From Octopus vulgaris (taxonomy: Eukaryota), in the NCBI GenBank assembly GCA_951406725.2, contig OX597833.1:18848001-18912000 (forward strand): a DNA stretch of 64,000 bases, in the 5' to 3' direction. The translations under genes were made by a program, and so were the position numbers. Under the pieces are notes generated by a model. The model was given only the letters and a program-made list of their open reading frames with translations, searched no databases and was not told the DNA's origin. Of this stretch, positions 37,663-49,635 are shown piece by piece. Position 1 is the stretch's first letter; each line of letters begins with the position of its first letter.

Positions 37663-37840
37663 GAAAAAGGTGTTCAGAATGGTGGATGGTTGTAAAAATA
37701 TATATATTTATTTACATATCACATATTATTTCTTCATATTAGCGCTTTCAACTACTCCTATAATTTCCGAAGAAATAATATGTGATATGTAAATAAATAT
37801 ATATTTTTACAACCATCCGGCATTCTGAACACCTTTTTTC
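37663..37840. repeat. Fold-back inverted repeat with about 73-bp arms and a 33-nt loop
   Basis: 37663-37735 pairs with 37769-37840 almost perfectly. Confidence 0.9.
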
Positions 37841-37959
37841 ATTCATATGTATTAAATCTATACATCACCCCCAATACTTCTAACACACATATATATATAG
37901 ATAGATATATTTACACACACACACAGTATAATAAGAATTAATCAATAATATTGCCGTGC

Positions 37960-38200
37960 AACCAAATAATTCGGTTTCGATCTCCGGTTACAGCACCAGC
38001 CACCCACGTACGGGGAACACCGTATCGCCAACGTGCGCAGGCGGCTCTAGAAGAATATGTTAGTGACAAGTGCGCACGCATGCGAAAAGCCTAGCCTCGT
38101 TTCCAGCGTTCACGTGATCCCGTCCAAAATTCCATCCAAGTCTGTTTATACATGCCATACAGCCATCTTTGTTCGTTTAAATATCTGCGTTTTTGTAGTA
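37960..38200 (+). promoter_or_regulatory. PABPN1 promoter region
   Basis: Local CpG enrichment. NRF1-like TGCGCACGCATGCG (38071-38084), E-box CACGTG (38111) and YY1-type GCCATCTT (38162), 160-260 bp upstream of the ATG. The factor assignments are motif inference. Confidence 0.7.
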
Positions 38201-38325
38201 GAAGGAGCACAAGTGTATTCATCGGATAACATCTTGTGGTAAATGCATTGTTTAGTTAGGTGAATTTGTCTTTTTTAGATAGCGCAAATCGAGTAGTTTG
38301 CACTTTACATAATTTTGTTCTCGTA

Positions 38326-38427
38326 ATGATGGCAGATACTGAAAACGGCGAACAAGAAAGTTTTAACATGGACTCGTCGGTAGATGCTATAGGAGTTACG
38401 GGAAATGATGAATCGGTTGAAGATCCT
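38326..38427 (+). CDS. PABPN1: PABPN1 coding exon 1 (acidic N-terminus)
   Basis: ATGATGGCAGAT..GAAGATCCT|GTAAGT, phase 0. Joins exon 2 to give the conserved EDPELEAIK. Confidence 0.9.
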
Positions 38428-39351
38428 GTAAGTGACTAATTCTCTCACACATGAAGTGCTATAATATATATATATATATATCTTTAGATAGATAGTTATA
38501 GAATTTTTTGTTAGCTCCCATTTCTTGATTTGCGGTGGAATGATTCCTTTGCCATTGTTTTGTTAATATTTCTAGGAGAAGACTAAGGAATTTGAATGTT
38601 GCTTTTGATATTTGCAACATTTTGCGATTTATTTCCATGCAGAAGTATTGTCTATTTTACAAATTACACTTTTCTAGCTCTCATATATGTACATGTATGT
38701 ATGCATATGTGTGTATATGCATTTATATATACATATAAACGTTTTTAATCTTAACGCATGGACACTGAAAATGGCGGAGCAATGATGAGAAGATAAGAGC
38801 TTGATTAGGTTTTTTCTTTCTCAGGAGTTTGGTTTTCTTTATTATGACATCACCTACTGTTAGATAGATATTTTTTCTTCTTCCTCCTCAAAAATCAAAA
38901 AAAATATATATATATATATATATATACATCTGATTTGACATGTAGACAAGAAATAAAAGCGATACCTGTGGTGATGATGATGATAATGAAGAACCTATAA
39001 ATTTCAGGTAGCAGGTTGTTCGTCATGCTGAGGTTTTCATAATCTTTTACGGTGGAAAAGGTTTTTTCCACTTCACCTACCGACCTACCCGTCGTAGCTT
39101 GAGAAATTCGCCCACATTTCTTTAAATACCATTTCAAGAATGTCTTTCTTTTAATTCGTTTGTTACTTTTGCTACACTCCCGCTTCTATTTTATCCTTCA
39201 AAACTCGATGCATTTTTTTCCTCTTTTTTGGTGGATAACAAAACGAACCAAAATTAAATAAGAGATGGAATTCTTTCGACCCTCTTTAAGTAGATAATAA
39301 AATTATTTTAGAAAATAGTTGTTTTATTTTATTCCTTTGTCATGATGTAAT

Positions 39352-39424
39352 ATGCATATGTATGTATATATATATGTATGTATATATATATATATGTATG
39401 TATACATATGTATGTATATATATG

Positions 39425-39479
<55 letters not shown>

Positions 39480-39770
39480 GTATATATATGTATGTACATA
39501 TATATATATGTGTATATATATATATGTATGTACATATATGTGTATATATATATATGTATGTACATATATATGTGTATATATATATGTATGTACATATATA
39601 TATATGTGTATATATATATGTATGTACATATATATGTGTATATATATATATATGTATGTACATATATATATATATATGTGTATATATGTATGTACATATA
39701 TATATATGTGTATGTATATATATGTATGATATATATATGTGTATATATATGTATATATATATATATATAT
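39352..39770. repeat. Compound (TA)n/(TATG)n microsatellite in intron 1
   Basis: Direct inspection; the source of six or more spurious ORFs. Confidence 0.95.
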
Positions 39771-41100
39771 TGGTATATCAATCCAGTGCAAGGAAGAAAA
39801 TGTGACATCTTTTACTGAAGAAGCTGGCGCTTGATTCCAAAGGAAACTGGCGAATGGAGAACGCTTCCCGGCTTTTGGAGAATCTTGATTGAATTCCATC
39901 TGCGCTGTCTCTTACCTATTTAAAAGGATAAAAGAAAAAAAGGTCACTTCATGTTCACAGCCCTATTTATTTTCTATCGCTGCTGCTAATTTGCCGATAG
40001 TGTAATATAATAAAAAGAAAAGCTATTTTGGGGAATTGACCATATCTTAAACGTTTCGTGTATATTTTTTGGGGAAAAAAATTTGGTTTGCTAGTAAATA
40101 ATTATAACCAGAGATTGTTACATAATTGAATATCGATTTTGAACCGTTCTTCTCTCATCTCCCTCCCTCATACACACGTGTACGACCGATCGATTTGAAA
40201 GACTTGTCATTTCAATATCCATTCTTTAAAAAATATTTTTTTGTTATTCATGCAAACGATTCGGTGTTTGAATAATGTGAAGGTGTCAGGAAATTTTTTT
40301 TTAGCATTATAAATTCTCGTGTTCACAAAAATTTTTATGACATAAAATGATAATCGCTACAAAATGTCGAATATTTTGAGACTACTTGCAATATGTATGT
40401 ATATATATATACAGCTGTAGGTGTTCATTTAAAATGTGTACGTTGCTACATTTCATCAAACGTTTTAACGCATCCACCTCTGCAGTGAATCAATAGACCG
40501 GTTATTTTAATCATAATTGGATTTCCCCTATGTTTCGGGAATTTTCTCATTTCCCCTTCTGGATAGTCTAGTCAGCATCTTCCTTTCGTGTGGAAAGGAG
40601 TAATTGCAAACATTTAAAGTGACCAAGAATTAAACTTCAACAGAGATAAAAGAAATTGCAGTCGTTTTACTTATATGTTGTGGCACACGTGGTTTTATAT
40701 ATTTACGTGTCGTGAGAACTCGTTGCTTTAAATAGTGTTTTAGCCCAACTCGACATAGGAATGATTATATTATACCTTCTGTGATTAAACGTTACTACAA
40801 ACAATTTCGTTATATTTTATTTTGTTGGGTAAATTTTTACCGTTTCTGATCGAGCAGACAATTTGCATTCAATTTATAATTAAACTTTTCCAAATCCCTA
40901 AATTACAGTCAAGAAGTCTTGATTAGGAATTTCGAGTTTAGAGCATCATTTTCGCTTTTATACTGTGTATCCCGGAGAAAACGGTCTGAATCAAACGTAC
41001 TTTTTTCGTATATAACAATATTTTGTTCTTTGCTTCCTCGCTGTCTTTGTTAAAACATGAAATTTTCATATTTGTATTGTTCTTGGAATTTCTTCAACAG

Positions 41101-41206
41101 GAATTAGAAGCTATTAAAGCAAGAGTAAGAGAGATGGAGGAAGAAGCAGAAAAATTAAAAGAGTTGCAGAGTGAGGTAGAAAAACAGATGAATATTAGTG
41201 CTGCAA
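41101..41206 (+). CDS. PABPN1: PABPN1 coding exon 2 (coiled coil)
   Basis: CAG|GAATTAGAA..GCTGCAA|GTAAGT; encodes [30 protein letters not shown]. Confidence 0.96.
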
Positions 41207-42442
41207 GTAAGTGTGGGTTTTTTTGGCATTGAGTTCCACAACAAAGTATTTTTTCATAGGTACTGTAATGGAATAAATAAAATAATTTAGAGAATAATTT
41301 GTTCTTGTTTCTTAACCCAGTACATCCCTATTATCAAATATGTTCCAGGTGTTTAATCCATTGTATCCTAAGATCATGCTTAGTATTGTCTCTTTCGTAT
41401 GCTTTTCCATATTTGTCTGGGTCAGGTGGATTTTCTATGGCCAATTTCCTGTTGCCAATTCTCACTTGTTTCCACATCATTGGGCATGTTTCCATGGAAG
41501 ATTGGAAGGATTATTGCAATATGGTAACTCTTGTTTACAACCATTGTGCAATGACAGGCAAGGAAGCAACAGCACACAAACACAGGCATGCAGTGGCTTC
41601 TTCAAGTTTCCATCTGCCAGATCCACTCAACAAGGCATTGGTCAACCTAGAGCTATAGAGGAGGATACTTGCCGAAGGAACCATGCTGTGAGACTCAACC
41701 CAAAAGTGGTTGGAAAGAATGCCTTAACGCATAGTTATTTGTAGATTCTAAAAGTTCAAAGCAGTAAGCATTAAAAAGTTAATTAAAAATAACTATCTGA
41801 TAGAATAAAAACTGTACTGTAGAAGTGCAGAAAACAACTCCCTGACATTTGTTTAGTCTTAGACATCAGCAAAAGATAGACTCCATTGAACTTGCTGCAT
41901 TTTTCTTTCTTTCTTAAAATCTGCTTAAATCCATGTCTACTCATGTAAACTGTTGGCAATAGTAAAGAACATGCACACCTGGTGTTTGAGGTTACGATTT
42001 TTGTTGCACTGAAAACAGGTGGTGTATGTATTCTTTACCTCTGCCAAACTATTTTATGTCAGTAAGTATGGTGTATCATATACGGAGAACATCTAAACAT
42101 TGCTATTGTCTACCTGCCATACATTTTATCCCCTTGCTGCATTAACCTTTTTTAATGACCCGTGCATTAATTCAATGTTAAACATTCATTTGTCTACCAT
42201 AATATTTTAGTTGTTCTTCATGAAAATTTGTAGGTTCTAGTGATGGCTACAGCAAAATCAGGTGGAGTTTTTGTGTGTGAAAATTAGTACTCTAAGAGAT
42301 GGATTAACAATTCTATTGGCATGATGTTTGTTATATGAGACTTTACCCAAATGTGTTTGCAGTGGCTAGAGTCCATTTAATCTGTTACTTGTGCATGACT
42401 ATAATAGATTGATAATCCTAAGATCATTGTATTTTATTTTAG

Positions 42443-42507
42443 CACCAAATTTTCCTACGTTTGAAGAGAAAATGGAAGCTGACCAGCGATCTATATTTGT
42501 TGGTAAT
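42443..42507 (+). CDS. PABPN1: PABPN1 coding exon 3 (RNP2)
   Basis: TTTTAG|CACCA..GGTAAT|GTAAGT; encodes EEKMEADQRSIFVGN. Confidence 0.95.
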
Positions 42508-43021
42508 GTAAGTAAATCTTGATATATATAATAGTATTTATTAGTACAAGTACTGGGGATTGGATATAATTGACTGTTCTCCAACATTTTTGACCTTGTA
42601 CTTATATGAGAATTTATTATTTAATAATAATGATGATCATACTTATTGTCTACACACTGTTGATAGGCCAGTTACTGCAGTATTTCCCTTGGGATGGCAT
42701 CTCTTATAGTCCTGCTGTGTTAAAATCACAATATCAGGGAGATAAAACTTTGTTCTGGCAGCAATCATTGGGAATGCCTGATGTGGCTGAGACATTTTCA
42801 TCAATCTCTGATGTGTTTTTAACACAAGAACCTTAACCGTAACAAATACTGCGGTGACTGGTCTATCAGTAGTGTGTATGATACACATAGATGGTTATTT
42901 TTATTAAATACCTTCTCAGTTTTCTATACCTGATTAATAGTGATAATTTATTAGTTGATTTAGACCTCCATATCAACTTGCTTAATATTCTCCACTTTAA
43001 AGTTGTTGTTATTATTTAAAG

Positions 43022-43128
43022 GTTGATTATGGTGCCACTGCTGAAGAACTAGAACAACATTTTCATGGTTGTGGTTCAGTTAACAGAGTAACTATCTTGT
43101 GTGACAAATACAGTGGACACCCAAAAGG
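43022..43128 (+). CDS. PABPN1: PABPN1 coding exon 4 (RRM)
   Basis: AAG|GTTGATTAT..AAAGG|GTAAGT; encodes [36 protein letters not shown]. Confidence 0.97.
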
Positions 43129-43360
43129 GTAAGTATCAGTTTTTATTTTTATGGAATTGTGATGTCCAGTCAATATATATTTCATTAGTAAATTAGGCAA
43201 AACGGCCGATAAACAATACTAAAATATGGTTGATGTCTTGTGTGAAGCTAATTTGGATGGAGAATTCTACACTCTTCTTGAAACCTTAAATTTTTCTATT
43301 ATTATTTAATCAGTTTGTATAGTTTCTTTACTCTCTACAGTTATATTCCACTAGGGAGTA

Positions 43361-43957
43361 GACATAGCTGTGTGGTTGCCCCCCAACCATGTGGTCTTGG
43401 GTTCAGTCCCATTATGTGACATTTTGGGCAAGTATCTGCTACTTCAGCTCCAGGCCAATGGAAACTTTGTGAGTGGAATTGGTAGGTGGAAACTGAAAGA
43501 AGCTTGTCATATATATATGACGAGGCCGATGACAGTACCACCTGATTGGCACTCGTGCCAGTGGAACGTTAACAACACATCTGAGTGTGATAGTTGCCAG
43601 GGCCACGGATTGGCTCCTTGCCGGTGACATCTGAAAATCACTATTTGAGGGTGATCGTTGCCAGCATCGCCTTACTGGTACATGGAACACAGCATTCGAG
43701 CGTAATCGTTGCCAGTGCTGCCAGACTGGCTCCCGTGTAGGTAGCACGTAAAAACACCTTTTGAGCGTGGTCGTTGCCAGAACCACCTGACTGGCACGTA
43801 AAAGCAGTCACTACGCTATGGGAGTAGTTGGCGTTAGAAAGGGCATCCAGCTGTTGAAACTTTGCCAGATCAGATTGAGCCTAGTGCAGCTTTTGGCTCA
43901 CCAGTCCTCATCCAACCCATGCTAGCATGGAAAGCGGGCGTTAAATGATGATGATGA
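43361..43957 (+). mobile_element. Family A SINE head plus family B element in PABPN1 intron 4
   Basis: Recognisable A/B boxes and a (GAT)n tail at about 43945-43957. Confidence 0.8.
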
Positions 43958-44293
43958 TACATAGTTGTCTATATATGTGTATTTGTACCCTTCGCATAAT
44001 GGTTCTAAATTGTCAAAAATTCAAGGTTGTTTTCAATTATCTGGAAACCTTTTTTTGGAAGTAGGAAGGGTTTGTGGCTGTAGAAAATCGATCTGACCCA
44101 TGAATGCATAGAAAAGTGGACCCTAAGTGACGAGACTGGGGGAAACCATTTTTGTTGTTTCCATTGGTATTCTTTTTATTATTGGAAATAAGGGAAATTG
44201 AAACCAGATATTCACTTATTACAAAGTAGGTTTTTGTTTTTAAATATACTTTCTTGGTGTGTTGTTCATGATTTGAGTCTTTGTTAATTTTAG

Positions 44294-44381
44294 GTTTGCA
44301 TACGTGGAATTTGCTGATAAAGACTCAGTAGGAACTGCTATGGCTTTAGATGAGTCCCTCTTTAGAGCAAGACAAATCAAG
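44294..44381 (+). CDS. PABPN1: PABPN1 coding exon 5 (RNP1 and RRM end)
   Basis: TTTTAG|GTTTGCA..ATCAAG|GTAAGT; encodes [29 protein letters not shown]. Confidence 0.97.
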
Positions 44382-46369
44382 GTAAGTAAACTACATCATT
44401 GCATTGACTTCACTAAAACCAGTGAAATAAAAGGAGGTTGGGGGTTAAAACCTTTCACACACAACAATAACTCCATTCTAGTTTCTAATATAGCTGTTAC
44501 TAGTTGAGATATTAAATTTTCCTTTTAATGTAGCGGGAGTCACCCACCATAAGGTTGGGGAAAAAGTTTACTTAAAAAAATACACACCAAAGAAAAGATA
44601 TTGAAGAATGGTGCCTTATCTTAAAGGCTAGTTAGATTGGGCATTGTGTATGTAATTAAAAAACAGAGATCTTGGAAGTATTGCTTGGCTATTTAACCAT
44701 GATTTACATTGCACTTAAAAAATGAACGATTATATAATTAAGTTGTCAGCTATCGAGTTACCTGCAATGGCGTCTAATTTATATTGGATGCTCAGAGTTC
44801 TACCTGAACTTTTTCTTTTTTCTTTCCTTTTTTTTTTTGTCATTTTTGTAGTGAATTGTAACATCAATGCTTAAATATGCTGTTTTTGAAATTCTATTAC
44901 ATTCCAAGATCTTGTGTTGTATTTTATCTCTAACTCTGCACTGTATGCCTCTTTACATACATGATCATCCCATCATGTTAGTATGTATACACTGAGGTGC
45001 CGACAGATCCTAAAAAGAAACAAGAGAGAAAAAAAGATATATACATTTTGTATTTTTGTAAGCTTTCCTGTCAGTATTTGATCTTTCGGCCATTTTGTTT
45101 AGAACAGGTTGGCTTGCAGATGAGGCTTTGCATTTCAAGAGGAGAAATACTGGTATCATGAGATTGCTCCAACATAAGAAATTAACTTGAAAAAAAAATT
45201 TAAAAAAGCAGGAAAAAAAATTTGCTAAAAAAATTAAGATACAAAAAAAAAGCTAGAAAAAAGTTAGAAAAAAATGAAAAAAAGCAAAAAATCTTAAAAA
45301 ATTTCTGGAAAAAAAATTTATTATGGCGAAATGAAAATGGGGCGTTTTCTAATACCAGCTACTTGTGTAAAATTGTGGAATTGGTGTTGGATGTCTGCCG
45401 CAGAAGTGCCACACGTTGAAGGTAAGCCTTAGTTTTAACATAACCCCAGTTGTAACTACTCTACAGACATGGCCTCTTGTAATTCTGGCAGTGTGTTTGA
45501 TATTGATCTAAGCTCAGCTGGCACTAACTTTTTGTGTCTTGAGCATCAATGGCTGCTACTTCCATTTCCAGAAATTCCATCAGTCAGTTTAGATATACTA
45601 GAAGACTTAGGATGCAGAAGCTATCCCACATTTTGCTATGCTTTTAATTAAAACATTATAAGACGATATACCTAGAAAAAAAAAAGTAAAAAGAAAAGAG
45701 AAAAAAAATCAAGGCTTATTTAGATATTATTCAGTGCTTAGCAAGTTAAGATAAAATAATAATTTATTCCAAATGGCAGCTTTTTTTTCTGATGGATGAA
45801 CAGTATATATATTTATATATATATTCAATACTAAAGGCATAAAAAAATTCTTCCAGAAAATATTACTTGAAAAAATAGCAAGAGGAAAGAAAAAAGGTAA
45901 AGAAAAAAAGTGTGATGAAATTTTTTTTTAATGCATTTTTCTCATTGTACTATAAATATTTTTTTTATTTCAGACTACAGGTGAGTAGTAGGACCCTAAA
46001 AAAATGTTGACTAACCCAAGTCGATTCAGTTATTTTTTTTTTCTTTTTACACCCATCCCTGCTCTTTTTCTTCCTTTCTTCTTTCTTTTTTTCTTTTTCG
46101 TTTTTCTAAGTTTCTTCATTAAGATATTTATCATTATTGGTAACTTTTTAATTTTTTCTTTACTTTTTTTTTTTAATTCCTTCAGTAAGTCATTTATCAT
46201 TATTAGTAACTTTTTTTTTTTTTTTTTTTTTTTCTTTCTATTTATTTTGCAAAATATGGTTTAGGCCATTTTAGCCGTCCTGGACTCCTTTACATTCTTA
46301 TTCTTAAAGAAACTTCAAGAACATTTCAATATTTTTTCTTGTTTTTTTTTTATCTACTTTGTCAAAAAG

Positions 46370-46509
46370 GTAATGGCTAAGAGAACTAATAGGCCTGGTA
46401 TCAGCACTACAAACCGTGGCAGAGGGCGTTCCCGACGAGGGAGTTATTTCAGAGGTGGCATGGGATCTGGATATTATCCTTATGCACCAAGATCTAGACC
46501 TAGATACAG
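46370..46509 (+). CDS. PABPN1: PABPN1 coding exon 6 (Arg/Gly-rich)
   Basis: AAG|GTAATGGCT..TACAG|GTCAGT; encodes VMAKRTNRPGISTTNRGRGR... Confidence 0.94.
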
Positions 46510-47653
46510 GTCAGTGTAATATTTTTTGTTATGTGTGGTTTATTTTTCAACTGTCCAAGGCAAGTATGATTTTTTTTTTGTTTCATCATTGCATTATCAC
46601 TGATTGTATGCACACACAGACACTCATATTTACATACACTTTATATATATATATATTCACACAAAAATATACATATGCATATACAGTTTATCAGTGCTAA
46701 TAAACAACCATATGAATATGTATATTTTCAGTTGTTGACAGTTCATTTCCTGTCTTAAGAGTATCTTAAAATTGTATGTGAAACTATTTATTATTATTAT
46801 TATTATTAAAGTTTATAATTGTATTTAAAAACAGTCTAATTTTGGATTATATAGTGTGTATAATCCTAATTTTAATAAATGATTAAGGCTGCAGTCACTA
46901 TTGGAAATTTTTGAATAATTTTTGGAGATTTTAAATATATATTTTTTCTTCTCTGTAACAAAGATACTCTTAATTTATTTCTAAAATATTTGTATATTTC
47001 CAAACTGCTTTTGGTGCTCAAATATGATTACGGGCCTCCGTTGCTCTGAAGTAAACTGCCAAGTTAATTTGTTAGCAGATGGTTAACAGCATTTGGACTT
47101 GAAATCTTTTGTTCTCTTATTTACATGGATTGCTAAAGTTTACTATAATAGTGAGTATTTTACTTGGCTCTCTATAGACTGATAGCATATATCTTTAGTT
47201 CCTTTAAACTGGAACAACAATGATTTCAAGTTCAAATTAAGACCCAAACAACATTGTCAAGAGGAAAGCTCTTCAAAAATATTCATTTCGCGCCTAAATT
47301 ATTATTACTTATATATTTTTTTTCCTGCTGTTCCATTGCCTTAATTTTTTCGTGTGCTTAAATTTGGCATTTAAATAAGTCAATCATAACCAGATGTGAC
47401 ATTTCAATCAATAATTAAAATTTTTAATATTTTTGAGATTGCTATTGACACTTTGTTGTTTGGGTCTTCTTCAGATAAAGATTATACATACACCATCTTT
47501 CAAAGTGAAGCTTCAGGCAGGATTGTACCATGTGAATCTCCACAGTTTATGGCAACTGTCATTTTGTTTCCAAGGCACCCACAGCATCCAGGTGAATGAA
47601 TTTGTGAATTGTGCTGATGTGAATATATATGTGAAAAATGTGTATACATGTAC

Positions 47654-47990
47654 AGGGTGTATCAAAATTAACTGTCTCTTTCAATGAAATAAGCAATTTA
47701 AAAAAAAAAAAACTGACAATTTTATGTTTAATGGATCATTATGTGATACCAAAAGAAATGGATTTATAAATCTTATGTGAAAACTGTATTGAAAATTTTC
47801 AAGATATGCTTTGTATCCATGCAAATTTTGGATCTATCCTTAGTGTTGTGAACCATATTGTGAAGCATTTCAGGAGTTATCTCCTGCACTGCTAATTGAA
47901 TGCATTCTTTAAGTTCAGCCAAACTATTGCTCCATCCTGGGGATGAAGTTACAGAAAATGGTTGCAGCCAAATTGGAAAAACCACTCGTG
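47654..47990 (-). mobile_element. Tc1/mariner-superfamily 3' remnant in intron 6
   Basis: TA-CAGGGTGTATCAAAATT terminus. Minus-strand SLAELKECIQLAVQEITPEMLHNMVHNTKDRSKIC resembles a transposase C-terminus. Confidence 0.7.
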
Positions 47991-48307
47991 GGCAGATAAG
48001 TGGGATCCATCGAGAATGGAAATAAAATTATCAAAAGAAAAAAGAAGAAAATTATAAATTTTAACACTTTTAACATATATTAAACGTGATGAAAGTAATT
48101 AAAAGTGAGTTCTTAAAATTCTTTGTATGTATATATGTGTGTGTGTGTGTATATATGTATATATACAATGTATATATACAATATGTATATATGTATATAT
48201 ACAATATGTATGTGTTTGTGTAATATACAGGTAACATGTATGAATTCATATTTGTGAGTATCCATATATGATACTTTTTTTTTCCTTTTCTTATTTTTTA
48301 ATTTCAG

Positions 48308-48344
48308 TCGCTTCCGGAGGTCGCTTTGGTACCAGCCTTACTGA
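48308..48344 (+). CDS. PABPN1: PABPN1 coding exon 7 (C-terminus, stop)
   Basis: Long pyrimidine tract, then TTTCAG|TCGCTTC..TACTGA; encodes RFRRSLWYQPY*. Confidence 0.93.
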
Positions 48345-49581
48345 GCACTCTTTACTTGGAGGATTTCCATTGTATTAAAGAAAGTTTCAAGGAGATTACA
48401 TTTCATCTGCCACGCTTTTTAATTTTTTTTTTCCATCTCCTAACAGGCAACTAGTTGATCCTTCAACTCAGCTGGCCTATTTTATATTTTTGCAGAATTT
48501 TTAGAATTTTTCCTCCCATTTGGATAACTCTAGGTCAGTGTGTGAGTGCTTGTCATGGAAGTGTCTGGAGTTTGTATCTTGATTAAAGAAATAGTTTTTT
48601 TTTCTACTGGGGAAAATATTTTATGCTCTTTCAGCTGAGTCAGTTCTATAATTTTCGAGTTTTGTTCAAGTCAAACAGTATGTTTGAACAGATTTTGCAC
48701 TAGCTTACTTTTTGTTGTGTATGTATATGAGTGTATTTATTTATATATGTACATACACACAAACATTCATTAATTACTACCGGTTAAGTTTAAATTGTCT
48801 TAATTATATATTTAAATTATTAGCTGAGATTTTCCTTCATGTGCAGTTTTCAGTCAAGTGATTTCTTCTATCTCTGCTACTATAACAGTTCCTGTTTATT
48901 ACTTAGGTTCAACTGACTGGTTGATTAGCAGAAAACCTTTGTTTCAGTTGCTTAGGCCACTCCTGTTCCACTGTTTTTCATCATATTTAAGTGATTTGGG
49001 AAGAATAGTTTTTAAAAAATTTTGAAAAAAAAAAACCGTCATGTTGTGCTAATTTGCAAGAGTCAAAAGTGCAGTCAACTTGTTCGAGCAAGTATGTCTT
49101 TCTAAGTTGCTATTAAGGTATTCATGAATTTTTTTGTCTTTTCACAAAAAATATATTTAAAAAAAAGAAATTGAAATGTCTTAAATCATGAGCTTTTTTT
49201 CTCACTATAAATGTTAAAATTTATCTGACTTAGGATCTAAACTGTGTTTTCTACAAGTCTTGGGTTTCTTTTTAACCTCCCGCTGTTTTCTTCTTTGTTA
49301 ATGGTTTAGTTTAGCTATTTGGTTCACTTTCTTCTAAAATGTCTCCACTTCAAATTACTGGCACTATACTTTATATCTTATCAATTTGGTATTTACTGCT
49401 TAAATTTTAAGTACAAGCTTGGCTCTTGATTTCATTTAACTAGAAGCAATATTCATAGTATGCAAGTTGTGTTATTTCTCTTGTGAAGAACAATTGATAT
49501 GGATGTTAGTGACTGTATGCCATCATTTTCAGTCCTCATGGCCAGGTGCAGAGGAAATGTAGGTAAAAATGTTTCTATTTA

Positions 49582-49635
49582 TGTATAAATTTGAATAAAA
49601 ATTTTAAAATGCATATAACCATGTTGTGTTTTCAA
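49582..49635 (+). terminator. Probable PABPN1 poly(A) signal
   Basis: TGTA (49582), AATAAA (49594-49599) and downstream GT-rich TGTTGTGTTTT, at the end of a 1.25-kb repeat-free U-rich tract. Confidence 0.7.

Larger units (their letters stand above)
38326..48344 (+). other. PABPN1: PABPN1/PABP2 gene span (7 coding exons, 645 nt, 214 aa)
   Basis: Joined exons give [214 protein letters not shown]. This has the coiled coil, single RRM and Arg-rich tail ending WYxPY typical of PABPN1. Confidence 0.97.

Noticed and set aside
38239-38278. Small 5' UTR intron in PABPN1
   Set aside because: Only 40 nt with a weak donor (GTAAAT); too short to call.
38965-39035. Box C/D snoRNA in PABPN1 intron 1 (GTGATGA..CTGA with ACC/GGT stem)
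   Set aside because: Box C lies within a (GAT)n microsatellite, the stem spacing is atypical and no rRNA or snRNA complement was recognised.
39324-39899. Long Y/I/H/T- or M/Y/V/C-rich ORFs of up to 191 aa
   Set aside because: Translations of the (TA)/(TATG) microsatellite; no stops simply because of the repeat.
45222-45419. Lys-rich 65-aa ORF
   Set aside because: By-product of the A-rich tract; no true ATG and in-frame stops upstream from either acceptor.
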